Shown piece by piece: positions 24,066-38,109 of a stretch of DNA of 64,000 nt. The notes under the pieces were generated by a model. That model worked only from the letters and a program-made list of their open reading frames with translations, ran no database searches and had not been told where the DNA came from. Made by a program: the position numbers and the translations under genes. The stretch comes from Lama glama (lineage: Eukaryota): NCBI GenBank assembly GCA_028534125.1, contig CM052817.1:50718001-50782000 (forward strand), given 5' to 3'. Within the stretch, counting starts at the first letter, position 1, and each line of letters starts with the position of its first letter.

Positions 24066-27000
24066 TGCTGGTGAGAAGAGTTCTGCTAAGAATAGACCCT
24101 CAGGTTGCTTCTTTAGAAAAGAAATTGATAGGAAAAGCAACAGGGATATTCTGTCCATGATACTGCCAAGACTATGTACCCTAGGAAATATTCAGAGATT
24201 GCCTACAGACACTCTAAGCTCTTCAAAGGAATTTGAACAGAAAAACATTTTTTAAAGAAGAACTTTGAACACACAATAGAAAACTTTAGCATGGAAGTTC
24301 TGAAATGAAAGGAAGTAAACATGATGATGAAAAGGAAAAGGTACAATGCATTAAGTAATCTCACATGGTATTCATAGTAATACATTGCCTTGCAATCAGA
24401 TTTTTCTACTATGGATAGCAAGCATTTACTGCAGTCTGGAGAGAAACCAGAATATCTTGGAAGTTGAAAGAAGACACGGGAGGATATCTGAGGGTGCCAC
24501 GTTGACTGTGATAAGTTAAATAGTTTAGGGACTGCCAAAGTTACTATGATGTATATAATCTTTTTTTTCTAGAAGTTTAACATTTTGATGATACTTTGTT
24601 GCTTTAAAAAGCTTTATTTTTATGATGAATTCTGAAATACTATAATCTTGAAAGAAAAAAGATAATACTTAGTTTTAAAATTTCAGGGATTTATGGCAAT
24701 ATAACTTTACATTGTTATTCTGTTAAAATAAGAAGTACCCCCAAACCTTAGCCCAATGTATTTTAAAATGTTCCTCTACAAGGCTAGACTCTGCCACATC
24801 CAAAGTGTGGAGAATATAACAAAGAATATATGTAGGAATCCCCATTCCATCTATTTCTAGTGTTTATAGTGACAGACTGCCAGTCTCCAGTCAAAAATAA
24901 CAAACCAGAAATGCTCTGGGAGTCTCTTTGCAAGGAGTGAAACTTGCTATTAAATGAAAGTAGTTGCTCTCTACATCTTAGCTGAGTCTTTATTTCACTC
25001 CTGAGAAATAAACTGGTGAAAGCAGAAACATTTATGCTAACCAAACTGGGTTACAGTGTCAACCCATTGACATTCAGCCTCCCCTATAGTCATGGTTGTG
25101 GCCACATAGTGGTGCCCTGCTAATTAATTTCCTTGTAAGGTCACAAGGGAGTACTTAGGGAAGAGCTGTAATAATTTGCTCCCTTCTCCCCTGGACGGAT
25201 AAATTAGTGATCATGGATTATTTTCAAACCTTTTAACATTCATTTCAGGAAGAATTCCATAGTGAAGAGTGAAGAGAGATTTTATTTTATACTTCTCTAT
25301 TGCTGGGATTTTTCCCCTGACGATAAGACAAAATGCAAAATTATGTTTAATCCACTTTTGTGAAAACAGAACAAAACACATATCTGCTATCCTTTGCTTT
25401 TGCCTTGGTCTTATCTTTAGGCTAAAAAAGTTCTAAGGAAAATACAATTTTCTTCTTGCCTAGAGAGACAGGCAGATGGTATTGAAGATGTTTAGTTCTT
25501 CCAGCAACAGTTTTCTATAGCATTAGCAGTAAATCTACCATTTGCAATCTATTGTCTATTTAAATCTATTTAATTTACATTTAACAAGACACCTCTTATT
25601 CTTGTGAGTTAATTAAAGGGTTAGTGACTATTAAAGGGATACTAATTGAAATGCAATAAATAAGATAACTGAGTTGGTGTGTAATTAACCAAATTTACAT
25701 AAGTAATAAACACTGTATTGCAGTCTTCAGGAATGGAGTTGTACTAACTCTGATAGTCTAATCTCATGCAAGAATAAGTGTCTAGGCATTTAATGAGCAT
25801 AAAACAGAATAGCACTGGCAAATTAATTGTGTATAATGTTTTAAATAACTGCCAAAGAATAATCTAACTATGCTCTACATGGCTTTTTAACATTATGGTG
25901 ATCCCTGATACATTTCCAATGCATCTTTTCAGGAAAAGAAATAATTCAGATAGTTCCTCCCTTCATAGGACTTGTCCTTCTCTACAGCCACCACAATTAG
26001 TTAATTTTTGTGCCCCTAGTTTACCCTATATATGCCCCTCAGTACTGTCCCCTACACATCATGATTTGAGAAATGTTTCTGTAGAACTTTCACAGGACAA
26101 TCCCAACTTTGTCAGGAAATCCAGAGCCCTCCTGCTTCCTAACAATAGGCCTATACATTTAAGATAGGATTTAATAGAAAATATAGAGTTTATATTCTTA
26201 ATAGTTTCAAAATAGTTCTATTTTTTCACTAGATGTGAATCTGCCTGTAGAGCACCTTGGTGCAACATAAAAAGAGGCCCCAAAGCTCCACCATGTTAGG
26301 TTGGTGATGTAACGTGGCTGGTTCAAGTAAATGGTCGTTGTGCATTCTAAAATGAGAACTAATGGAAAAGGGATAGAAAGGCAGCAGTAAATCCAAGTAC
26401 TTGAATACTGAGTATGTGGTTAGAGAAAAATATTGCCTGCTCTGCTGTTTGTTATGTATATTTACGGCTTTTGCTAAATTCTGAGTCTTTGATAAGCAGG
26501 TTAAACAGATCATCTCTGAAAATGTTGCCTTTAGAAAGCTATTTTTTTAGTAGCTTTTGACTCATATACATATTTTCTCCATTTAAATTCTTTGAGTATT
26601 TTCATTTGCTTTACCTAAAAGAAATAAGATTTTTTTTCTAAGAGAAGTTTGTAATACTTCATATACTGAAATAAGACTGTGTTGCAATTAATAGATCACT
26701 TGGGTCAAAATCCGCAAAATAGTTCTCATTTAATTCTGAGGTTTTTGCTTTTGTGGTCTAGTTATTCACTCTTCACTCTCACTGAAGGTAAAAATAAATT
26801 GGGTTAAAAGCCAGAAAAAAAAACCTCTAAATGGGATGTATTAAGATAAAACAAAATAGAAATAGATACCATTATAGTCTCACTGGAAAGCATCTATTAA
26901 ATAGCACTGCCACTGAATATATTGATCGTGTCAATAGCAGAAGTAATTCATTAGAAGCAGACCAGCTAAGATAGTTATTGCTAAAGAATTTACAGTGTTT

Positions 27001-27499
27001 TAAAAGATATATTTAAGGAATGACAGTGTCACAGAGAGAAAATATTTTTTAAAGTCAGGTTTAAACCTACCAAAAAGGATCTGTTACTACCATTAAAACT
27101 ATAAATTACCAGTGCATTCACCTGATCAGTAAGGATGTAATTCAGAGAAGAATTATCCTCATTCTAATATATTTAAATCTTTATACAGTAAGAAAAGACT
27201 AAGCACATATGTGATGGCAACAATAGTTTCCAGAGCTTTCTGCCAAGTGCAAGAATAACATGATCATTTTTTGGAACTATTTTTCCTTCTTGTTTGGTTT
27301 CTCATCAGCATTTTCTGTGAGGACATTTCTTGATATGGCTAATTATTTGGCAAAAAGCCCTTTTTCATATTTATAAGGGTTGATTGTACAACTCAACAGT
27401 ACAAATACACATAAATTTAGAGGTCTGAAAAAATCAGTCATCAGTGTTAATATATGTTTTTAAATATATGTTTGTGTGTGGTGTGTGTATGTGTAGATA

Positions 27500-27695
27500 C
27501 AGTATCTACCCTGTCAGTAAGTGGGATGGACTCCATGAGGTTGAAGGCTCTCTCTTCATAAAACATAACCCAAACATCCAGGCTTATCTAACGCTTCTCA
27601 CTACTTTTCCTCATTGGAAGCTTGTGTACACTAAACCAGGGGCTCTCAAATGATACTTGTGCTGCACATAGATGTTCTGCTATTAAATTTGTATA
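27500..27695 (+). mobile_element. LINE-2 3' fragment
   Basis: gactccatgaggttgaagg...gcacatagatgttctgctattaaatttgt. Confidence 0.35.
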
Positions 27696-28282
27696 GGGAG
27701 TGTTTTTCTAAATTCCCTAAGAAGAAAATAATAGCTAATATTTCCTGATTTTTTAAGTTCTATGATTTGTTCTTAACCCTTTGCCATCTGCTGTGAGAAC
27801 CTGCAACTATGTAATGAGTGACAGGGTAACAAATGCTGACAGAAAAACTGGGTGTGTTCAGAACTATAGAGCATTTTGTTAAACCAGATGTGACTTCTCT
27901 TTGCTTTAATGTAATATAGGCACTTTCTGCTGGTAAAAATGATTTTTACTTTGATAAAATCCAATATGTCAATTATTTCCTAGTGTTCAGGAAAAAATGC
28001 ACAGAGAATGTTGGCGCTAAGCTTTTAATTTGGTACTCCCTCATCTCTGCACTTGACGGGCATCTTCTTGTCTCCTGAATACTGATTTACACTCCTGCTG
28101 TGATGGGTTGAAATGAAGTGACTCTACCTATTGTTTCTAGGGCAGATTCTGACTTAACTGTTCCGCCTAAGGAAAAAATGTCAGCATTTCTCCTCGCACT
28201 CATTTCTCCAGTAAGGAGAACTGTGAGGATCAGATACCTGCCTCCACATCTGCTCCTATTCTCCTCTTTCAACACGGAAGGC

Positions 28283-28690
28283 ATCTTGGTTTGGGTTCTC
28301 TGGGAACAGACTAAGGCAGAGATTTCTGTGCAGAAAGTTTATGGGGATACCTCAGGAATAACGTCTGAGAGGAGTGGGGGAAGGAAGCAGGGCTGTAAGA
28401 AGGGAAGAAAACGGCAATACAGTTCCAACAGTGGCATCAGTATATCCCGCAGGGATCTCTGGACTTGGGATGACCCATCAGAAATGTCTCAGATTGAGGT
28501 CATTGGATGAGTGCTATCCCAAGGGAGGCATATGACCTTGGGCAAGGCAACTCCCTTTCACCCTCCGAGAAAGTTTCCTCGAAAACATTAAATTGTGAGG
28601 TGCCGATAGCCAATATTCCTGGTAATGTAGGCATAAATGCCTTGGTCCCAAACATCAGTGTATGTGGATGCCCCGAAGTATTCTGTTGAC
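28283..28690 (-). mobile_element. ERVL solo LTR (LTR16A/C-like)
   Basis: tcttggtttgggttctctgggaacagac...tgtgcagaaagtttatgggg...atcccgcagggatctctgga...gtcattggatg...gaccttgggcaaggcaactccc. Confidence 0.75.
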
Positions 28691-28821
28691 TCTGTTGACT
28701 AGAGTGAGTCAGGAAGATTTGCTTGTCTTTAATTTAACTAATTGCCATGACGTAACTTTCTGTGTAAAGACAGTACCATTTTTTTTTAACCATCAAAATC
28801 CTTTGAGATAAAAAATGGTTC

Positions 28822-28894
28822 TTTAAGTGTTTAATAAACTAGTTTCTTTTAAGTGTTTAATAAACTAGTTTCAACCAACTAGTTTCAAACTAGT
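28822..28894. repeat. 26-bp-period tandem duplication plus two further AACTAGT units
   Basis: tttaagtgtttaataaactagtttc at 28822 and 28848, then aactagtttc (28877) and aactagt (28888). Confidence 0.9.
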
Positions 28895-29569
28895 ATGCAA
28901 GTGTATAGGTAGGGATAGAACAAATGTGGACATATTTTTATGAACTTAATGTTGACATTTTAAAAGGAATTCCAAAATTCAGATTATAGCAAATAACCAT
29001 TCAGTACTAAATTGAATCATGTACAAAAAAAGATTTTTAAAATTATAGATTTTTTGTGCTTAAATATTATCTAGATCAACTAAATATGATATTAAAATTC
29101 ATTTTATTGTGTTTCTTTGACTTGATACATAATAAATATAAATCCTAAGAAAAGAAAATTTCAAATATTGCATATAATCTGAATATTAATTACAGTTAAA
29201 TTATAAATATTATATTTAAAGAGCAGAAATAATTGTTTACTACATGAGAAATGTTTAAAACAAAACTTGGGAAAGCTGTTTCAGTGTTAGAGTCTGAAAC
29301 AGTAGTCTAGCAATTTACCACTGAATACTGAAGCATAACTTCTCAGAGTACCAGTTCTCCTGAGTTACATCTTATCACTGAAAAAACCTGGCTCCTTCCA
29401 TGTAAAAAATGCCTTTGTGTTTTACATTTACAATATGTTGGCACTGGCATTTATGGGATTTAGGAAATTTTATATTCTCATACAATTTCTACAGATTTAT
29501 CCATTCTTTATTTTTATATATAATATCAACTCCAATGATACCATAGATTTAAGTGAATTTTTAATTATA

Positions 29570-30069
29570 NNNNNNNNNNNNNNNNNNNNNNNNNNNNNNN
29601 NNNNNNNNNNNNNNNNNNNNNNNNNNNNNNNNNNNNNNNNNNNNNNNNNNNNNNNNNNNNNNNNNNNNNNNNNNNNNNNNNNNNNNNNNNNNNNNNNNNN
29701 NNNNNNNNNNNNNNNNNNNNNNNNNNNNNNNNNNNNNNNNNNNNNNNNNNNNNNNNNNNNNNNNNNNNNNNNNNNNNNNNNNNNNNNNNNNNNNNNNNNN
29801 NNNNNNNNNNNNNNNNNNNNNNNNNNNNNNNNNNNNNNNNNNNNNNNNNNNNNNNNNNNNNNNNNNNNNNNNNNNNNNNNNNNNNNNNNNNNNNNNNNNN
29901 NNNNNNNNNNNNNNNNNNNNNNNNNNNNNNNNNNNNNNNNNNNNNNNNNNNNNNNNNNNNNNNNNNNNNNNNNNNNNNNNNNNNNNNNNNNNNNNNNNNN
30001 NNNNNNNNNNNNNNNNNNNNNNNNNNNNNNNNNNNNNNNNNNNNNNNNNNNNNNNNNNNNNNNNNNNNN
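29570..30069. other. Assembly gap (500 N) flanked by a 245-bp overlap
   Basis: 29325-29569 matches 30070-30314 except at two positions. Confidence 0.98.
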
Positions 30070-33044
30070 ATACTGAAGCATAACTTCTCAGAGTACCAGT
30101 TCTCCTGAGTTACATCTTATCACTGAAAAAACCTGGCTCCTTCCATGTAAGAAATGCATTTGTGTTTTACATTTACAATATGTTGGCACTGGCATTTATG
30201 GGATTTAGGAAATTTTATATTCTCATACAATTTCTACAGATTTATCCATTCTTTATTTTTATATATAATATCAACTCCAATGATACCATAGATTTAAGTG
30301 AATTTTTAATTATATAGCACTCATTATTTAGCTTTAAGGAAAGGAAAAGCAGACTATATATTTTAAAAAATCAGATCATAGTAGGATATCTTACATTTTA
30401 AAAGACATTATGAGCTTTCCACCTGCCACAAATGTCATCTACAAGTGCTATACTTAACACCAGTATATTGTGCAGGGGGAAAATTTGCACATTCATGAGT
30501 TATGCACAAGTCGCCTATGAAATGTTGAGACTGCCTGTCTCATCTTCCAGAAAAGGCTGCAACCAGTTAACTCTCCTTGTCACCACCAGGTCTGGAAGAG
30601 CAAATGGAAATCCATATTTTTTCGAGGGACGATTACCATAAAACAATTGATAGAAATTTCAATGAATAAAAAGGACCATTGCTTAAGAAAATACAGTGGA
30701 TAAGAAAATACTATGTTATTTTACTCTAAATATTATGTATAATATATAAAACATATTCGTGGACACATACACAAATTAAAAGATATTAATAAAACTTACC
30801 TATAGGCATGCTTTGTGAATCTTTAGTCAACAGTTTCATATCTGAGTTAAGCATCTTGTCATTTGGAGTAGAGAACCCTGATTCCAAGCTTACCTTAGTG
30901 TTCTGTATTCATGCACAGCTCCTAGAGTGGAGTATTTATTTCAGCTGGTAATTACACACACAAACACACACACATGTGTAATAGTGATTCTAGTGAAATA
31001 GATCCATTTTACAGGACCTCAGATTATATAATTATGGTATGTTGTGTCATCACACTGAATATCCTTGCATTTTAGTTCTGGCTCTTTTAGATAGAACATT
31101 GTTAAAAGTACTTAAAACTACTTAAGAGTTTTGGGCCCAACTAAAAAGAATAATTACAAATGTAACTCATAGGTGAAGTAGAAAAACATCCTTGTGAGTT
31201 TTGCTTCATCTATTTAAAATTACTAACAGTTGGACTTGCCCAAACTTTAACCATAACAAGGACAAAACATCCTCACAAGCTGGAAAATATTCTAAATTAC
31301 AAAAATTATATGACATCCATATTTGACTAACTTTAATCATAGGTTTGGCTTCGAAATATTTTTAGCATGTCTAATTTGTATAAGATTTAGATGCTTTGCA
31401 GAGGCATAATAAAAGATGACAGGTTAATTAAATATTGGAGATGTGCCAAAACACAGATACCTCCTCATCACAGGGTTCAGCAGGTGCTTCCATCCCAAGT
31501 GTTATATCTCAGTTGTAGGTAAGTTCACAAACTAATTAGTATCATGCTGGCTGATTGGTTATTAACTTACCTGAATAATTTGGTATTCAGTGTTTAGGAA
31601 AATTAGCATGAGATAACACTAGAGTAGCATGCAAATATTTATTAATGAAGTTAGTATTAACCTACACAAGCACTGTTTGTTTTTTTTCCAAATTTTAGTT
31701 AAATGTGCAGAAGTAGTACATAGTGGGAACATAATTACAAAAATCTCTCACAAGAAGTAACCAAAAGTAATCTAAGAGACCATGATTTACTAAACTTCCA
31801 TTGATGTGGTTAAAGGGCTCATATATCCTGTGGTTAGCTTTGTCTGAATATCATTAATTCCTTGTTTGTTTTTTTTTCTTTTGATGGACTGAGTAATCTG
31901 GGTTAAAATCATGTTTATACTAGTGTCTCAGCATTCTAGGAACTTCTGTAATTCCCTGGTAGTCACTGACTTGCATTGACTGGGTCAAATTCTAATCTGT
32001 TAATTTTTTCATTGTCATCTGCTTCTACAGTCGCAGCTTTCCACTGGACTAAGATCTTGAGGATTGCTAGCTTTTATGTCTATGTCTAACAGTGGAAAGT
32101 AGAATCAGAATAATTATAAAGGAAACTCATTTAATATTTAAAGAAAATTAGTAACAGATGACATACATTAATTACAGATTGCATACCTCAATTTATAATT
32201 TTATTTATATTGTAATTTATAAATGATAACAGATTACATAAATCAAATTTGAAACACACTAATTTCGTTTTGTTTCTCAATCAGTTGCCTGAAGGGCTTC
32301 CAAACACATCTTTATTCCTTACACAGAATCTCTTGTGTATTCTATAAATTCTGTATTTCTGTGGATTTTCAGAGAATTGCACAAACTCTAAATAGTAATT
32401 ACACTTTCTATAATATTTTTCTCTTTATTCTGAAGTGCATTCATGTGTTATTTCTGTGGATCCAACATATATTCACACCCATAATAATGAATCTATATTA
32501 ATAGAGCATGTTTAAAGATTCATAAAAAGAAAGAATAAACCACACAAAAAGTCATTTATATTTACTGTTTAGACTCTCTCTACTCAAAGGCATGCATATT
32601 TCATAAGGAAATTGTAACCTCATCAGACATCAGAGAAAATCATGTCTCTGCTTGACCATGTGTTCCTAGACAAATGTACCAGTTCTAGATCCCAAGATGG
32701 TGAAATGCCTTCAAGACAGTCTGAGAGAAATAACAGTTTGGAATAATGTGTGCTTAGTTTCCATTTGCCCATCTCTGAGTATCCTATTAATTCTGTGATT
32801 AAAGGGTTATTACAGAAAAGAACAGAATGAAGTAATATTCAGCAGGTGCGAGGCAATGTGTGTACACGATAAGCATCAGGGAGCCACCTGGGCTTGTCCA
32901 ACTCCAGCGAAATCAATCTCTTATCCAATAGCACAAGATGATTCAGACACAGAGGAAAAGAGTACAGTATTGCAAGTTACTTACTCCTAGGGCGGCGATA
33001 TAGATTAACTATTTGGTCTCAGTCTCTTTTGCTCTGTGGGTGTA

Positions 33045-33250
33045 TGGAAATATCTATCTATATATACAGATATATCTGTATGTATCTACATCTATATGGA
33101 AATATCTATATAGACATAGATATCTCTATATTTCTATCTGCCTTCTTCAAAAGTTGAGATGTCCTAAAAAGAACTCACTAAGCTAAATACACTTTTTCTT
33201 TTTTCCTTTTCTTTCCTTCCCCTTCTCTTCCCTTCCCCTTCTCTTTTCAT
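33045..33250. repeat. Low-complexity (TA/TATC)-rich tract followed by a CT-rich tract
   Basis: tatctatctatatatacagatatatctg...; then ttttcttttttccttttctttccttccccttctcttcccttcccc. Confidence 0.7.
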
Positions 33251-33464
33251 TTGTATTAAGAAAGAAAATTATGTGTTGTTCCCCAAGCAATAGCAATCAA
33301 TAAGCATTTAGAGCATGCTCATTAATACTGTTGCGCATTGTAAATGGTGGCTAAATGTGTGTAATTGGTATTGGGTTATTTCATTAATTTACTCATTCGG
33401 CAAATATTCAGAGTTTAAGCTGTGTCCAAGACAGTTTGTATTGTGTGGTATGTGAAGTTCAGCT

Positions 33465-33607
33465 AATTGTGTCTCAGTTTCCTCTCATTAACATAGAAAC
33501 AGTAATAGTCCTATTTAACAATGTTGTTAGGAAGATGTAATGAGCGAACACAAAGTTCATAGAAAAATGTCTGCCACTTACTAAACACTGAGTTTGTGTT
33601 GAATTAT
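33465..33607 (+). mobile_element. MIR SINE 3' half
   Basis: tgtgtctcagtttcctctcattaacatagaaacagtaatagt...gttgttaggaagatgtaatgag...tctgccacttactaaacact. Confidence 0.75.
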
Positions 33608-36600
33608 AGCCAGTGTGCTAACATTTTTTGTATGATTAAAGAGATCAAGTCTGGTTAAATCCTGTTATACCAAACTCTGGCATTCTGGCCAGACTCTATT
33701 AGTTTACTAGATACTATTTGAGGGAAAAAGATAGATATTTACCAGGGGCTAGGATATCTTTATTTGAAATAATATTACTTTGATAGGCATCGACCTTTAT
33801 CTTTGTCAGGGAGGCATTCTTTGCAGTAGAAAAGTAAGCATGAGAATTTTTAAGACTATATTGCTTTGCCACTCAGATATGTTTCTCCCCTCTTTGGTAT
33901 TTTCTATTGTCAATAGCTATTTTTATCCCTCAGGCCCTAGAAAATGTGTCGTACATCTTCGACATCACTTCACAGGTGGCAATGCTGTTTATAAACTAGA
34001 GCATCTGTGAGAAATGATTGACCAATGTACAGTTTGCCTTAGTTATAGAAGGCTGAGAAAACATACGGGATATAAATGCTATTTCCAGTTTCCCAATGGG
34101 CATTTTCATCTTTGGTAAGAATTAAGAGACTTGAGATGTAATATAGTTTTATGATTTTGATACACTTATTAAATTCTCTGCGCCATTATGTTATTATCTT
34201 GGAAATGAAGATGGTTGTTTAGTAAGGTACCATTTAGCACTAAAAAGTTAGTATCTGAGTATACCCAAGAGAATATCATCTTTTGCAATTCACTACAGTA
34301 GTTGTGGAGTCACCACCAGAACTATTATTTGTCAGTCTTTATATAGACAGCCCTTATGTCAAGTTAAAAAAAACAGAAGCATGAAATATTCTAAATGTTT
34401 TATAGTTATTTTAATATTCCAAACTACATAGAGGAATTAGGAGATACAAAAATTTCTCTTACTGTTCAATTGTAGGAAAGAAGTGTTTAGTTTTTTAGGG
34501 TATCGGTCAAAGTTTTCTGGGTTCATTATAAAAAAAATTAAATCCTTTTTGTTTATGAGAAGTGTCAATAAAAATCCTAAGTTTAAAATAGTTGTGTTAA
34601 TGAAGAGCTTAGGTCAGATAATATGACAACGTTTTGTTGCCTATTCAGCATTAGATCTATGTCTCCAAAGGAAATTAATAAATTATTAATTATAGATGTT
34701 TTCTGAGCATGTGCAGCTGTATTCCTCATAGTATAACTAAGCTGAAGAACGTAAATTGGAAGAAATATATTGAAAAATTAAGAGGATTTTATTAGAGGAA
34801 GAAGAGAACAATTTTTCTAGTCTAAAAAGATTATTTAAAGAATACGTGTCATGTAACTTTTAAACCAGGTTTATTACATCATGTGCTAAAGCAGTGAACA
34901 GGTTTTAAACCACTCTCATCCTTCTCTAGGAGGAAAATAAAGAAGTCTCATTTACAATTTAATTCTAATCCATTCAGTTTGACAAGCTAAATGTGAGAAT
35001 GCAAATAGAAAACCTGAAGGGAAGAGGAAAAACCTCTTCAGAAACAGGCTATTTTCCTGCCACTCTGTTACTATGTCAAGAGAAGGGTCTGAGCAACTTC
35101 AGGGTTAGAATGATTTATGGTGATTCATACATTTTAATTATCCTTCTAAGTTTTGAATAAACACTATACAAACTCTTTTGGTTTTTCTGTTTTGGTTAAT
35201 GTACCTTTTATAAGAACATTGTATTGTAATTAAGTGATCAAATTCAGGCTGCTACGATAGAAAAAGCTATAAACCCCTTTAAATTTCAGGAAGTACAAAA
35301 TCATCTAATTTCCTCTGACCCTGTAACTTTTACTGTTTGATTCATGTTTCTTCCTCTTTTCTACCTAGTTTCTAAAACTGACCTTAGGTAATGCTGAAGA
35401 AACAGAATATGTAGAAAGCTGGAGATACTAGAAATAAAGATAAGATAATTTCTTGTTTGGATAACAAGAATCAGTGAGATTCCAGAAGAAAGACACTTGG
35501 CCATGGAGAATGGGACAATAAAGGAAAACTTTTTAAAAATGCTCATTTATTTCAACACAATAGAAGTTTTCAAGCCCAATTTTATTGCTTAGGATGAACA
35601 TCTGAACCACAAATAATAGTCATTTATTTTTAGAAATTATCTAGTATTAGCTCTAATGATGCCTTGATGTACTTCAGAATAACTTGTTCCCCCAAGCCGT
35701 CATGCTGAAATGAAAAGCAACCTGTCATCTGAAACATGTACCTCTTCTACTGAGCTTCCCCAGTGTATGCTCGTATTCCCCAAAGATTAAAAACAATTTT
35801 ATAAAAACATTTCTGTGTCCTGCACTATTCCAGTTTGTTTTTGGTATAAATGCTAAATTTCCTCAGTACCTCTCACATTGCCAGATTTTATTCCAAAAGA
35901 GTGCACAAACTAATTAGGAAAAATTCATTTATTAAAAATAAAAAACTGGGCATTTTTATTATCGCACAAGAGCATAATACTTGGCAAAAAATTAGAAGCC
36001 TACTTAGACCTGTATTAAAAGTTTTGCCAATAGTAGCCTCATACATACCAAAAATACTTGGATAGACATATTTTAAAATGTAATTTCTAATAAGTTTGAG
36101 AGTCTGTAAAAAGGAAGAAGCCCCTTATATTGTTGGGAAATTTTGTTTCTGGAGTTGTAAGGGTTTAGTGAAAGAACTTTTGCCAAGATAGGAGTAAAGT
36201 CTAGGAAAGTAACACTAATTTAACTATCACTAACCCAAAGAAGAGAGATGCAGAAAAAGGCCTTCAAAGACATAGGCTGAAATCCCTCTAGGAAAAAGAA
36301 ACCTTTAAGGTTTTAAAAACTAAGGGGAGCGGCATACTATTAAAATTTTTTAAAAAATGCTAATATCTGTGGGTATTTCAAAATTTCTTAATTTCTTTTA
36401 CTACAGATTAGTATTGGACTAATTAAGCATAGTCTAAAGAAAAGAGGTAGGTGATTGGCTAAGTCATTGCATTTCCTTACTGGCTTTGTATAAGTCTATT
36501 TCTTAAGAAAAATCAGAAGATGAAAAATTAAAATTGCATCTCAGCCATCTATTTTACTTTCAGATATTGGGCATTGAAATGTCACTGCAAACCTCGAGGG

Positions 36601-37691
36601 AGTTTTATGTGGGATGTGTTATGACAAAGAGGTCTTAAAGTCCTCAGTGTAATTGACAACAAGGCAGGTTTTTAAAAAGAAAAAACAGTAGTCAAGGCTA
36701 TACATTATAAGTGTGATTAAAGAGATACTCATATTTGGTTAATTTCCACACCTTGTTTCCATGTTTCTCCTTGTCCTCGTTGTCTTTAACATGCTGTGCC
36801 CAGCCAAGGACTGCTTTGCTCAATCCTCCTTTCCTATATGTTGCGAATCCTTTTGAATATTTCATATTCAGTGACATTTGAATTGAAGAGAAATGTGCCA
36901 CTTTGGAGCCAATGATTTGAATTATTTTCAAGCCTCTCTTATGCATTTTAAACTCACCTTGTGTTGGTGTTGGGAATCCCGGGTGTATATCCTACAATAA
37001 AACTAAACAGGGCTGCTTATAGAGTCTATGAGCATTATGCCGCTGGGAAAATTATTTGTTACTACAATAAAGTGACAACTGATAATAACATAACTTCCAG
37101 GTAGCATAACTAGACTACGAAGATCTGCTGCTTGATCTGACATAAGTTCTGAATTTCAGGTCCTATGACAACTTTATTTCTCACTTTAATTAATAAAATT
37201 GCAATCTGTTTTTTTCCTTCAGTCTCCACTGTTTAGTTAGCATAAGACAGTCCCTCAGGGACTGATTATCCCTGAAAATGGAAAGAAGGGCATCCCTGAG
37301 CTTCCAAAGCAGAGAGCCAGATGCAGCCAGCCTTCCCTTTGATCATTTTATTATAATTTACATCTTCATTTATTCTAATGATTTCTCAAACAAGGATATA
37401 AATGTACTTGTTTCCAAATAATCCATTTTAATAACACCAGTTGAATAACTTCTATCTTTCTTATAAAATATTAATGCTTTATTTCAAATCAAGTATTACG
37501 TTATAATGAGTGCATATTGATCAGAAGGAAATTTGACATAGTGGTATATAGAAATATATGACATTGTTAATAAGTTGAATATGATTAAAGTTTTTTTAAT
37601 GTATGCGTGGAATTCTGCATCTGGGTTTTACACTATTTGAGATTTCATGTAGTAAATTTCCATATTTGGGAGAAAAAGGTCATGGTGAATC

Positions 37692-38109
37692 TGATAGGCA
37701 GAATAATAAACCCCTAAAAATGTCCAAGCACAATTCCTGGAAACTGTACTGTTATGTTAGATGGCAAAAGTGTCAAAGGGTCTTTGCAATAGGGATACAG
37801 ATTTTGCAATGGGAAATTATCCCAGATTATCCAGTTGGCCGAATCTAATCACATGAGCCCTTTAAAGCAAAATTCCTCCCTGGCTAACTTCAGAGAGATT
37901 TGACAATGGAAGGAGAGTCCATGAAATGTGATGCTGCTGACTGGGAAACAAAGAAAGGGGAAGACAATTAAGGAATGTAGACAATATCCCATAGAGCATT
38001 CAGGGAAGAACCTGGTCCTGCAGATACCCTGAGAAATGCAAGATAATAAATTTGTTTAAGTTGCTGAATTTGTGGTGGTTTGTTATGACAGCAGTAGAAA
38101 ACCAATACA
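37692..38109 (+). mobile_element. MaLR solo LTR (MLT1D-like)
   Basis: tgataggcagaataat...gattatccagttggccgaatctaatcacatgagccc...ataataaatttgtttaag...tttgttatgacagcagtagaaaaccaataca. gtgaat occurs on both flanks (near-TSD). Confidence 0.88.

Noticed and set aside
29417..30081. Two longest ORFs (219 aa and 194 aa)
   Set aside because: They consist almost entirely of N-derived X residues across the assembly gap.
30678..30700. attgcttaagaaaatac resembles mature miR-137
   Set aside because: Only a partial match, the 3' half diverges and there is no complementary hairpin arm.
32985..33000. cctagggcggcga as a CTCF site
   Set aside because: Spacing and core deviate from the CCACNAGRGGGCRC consensus.
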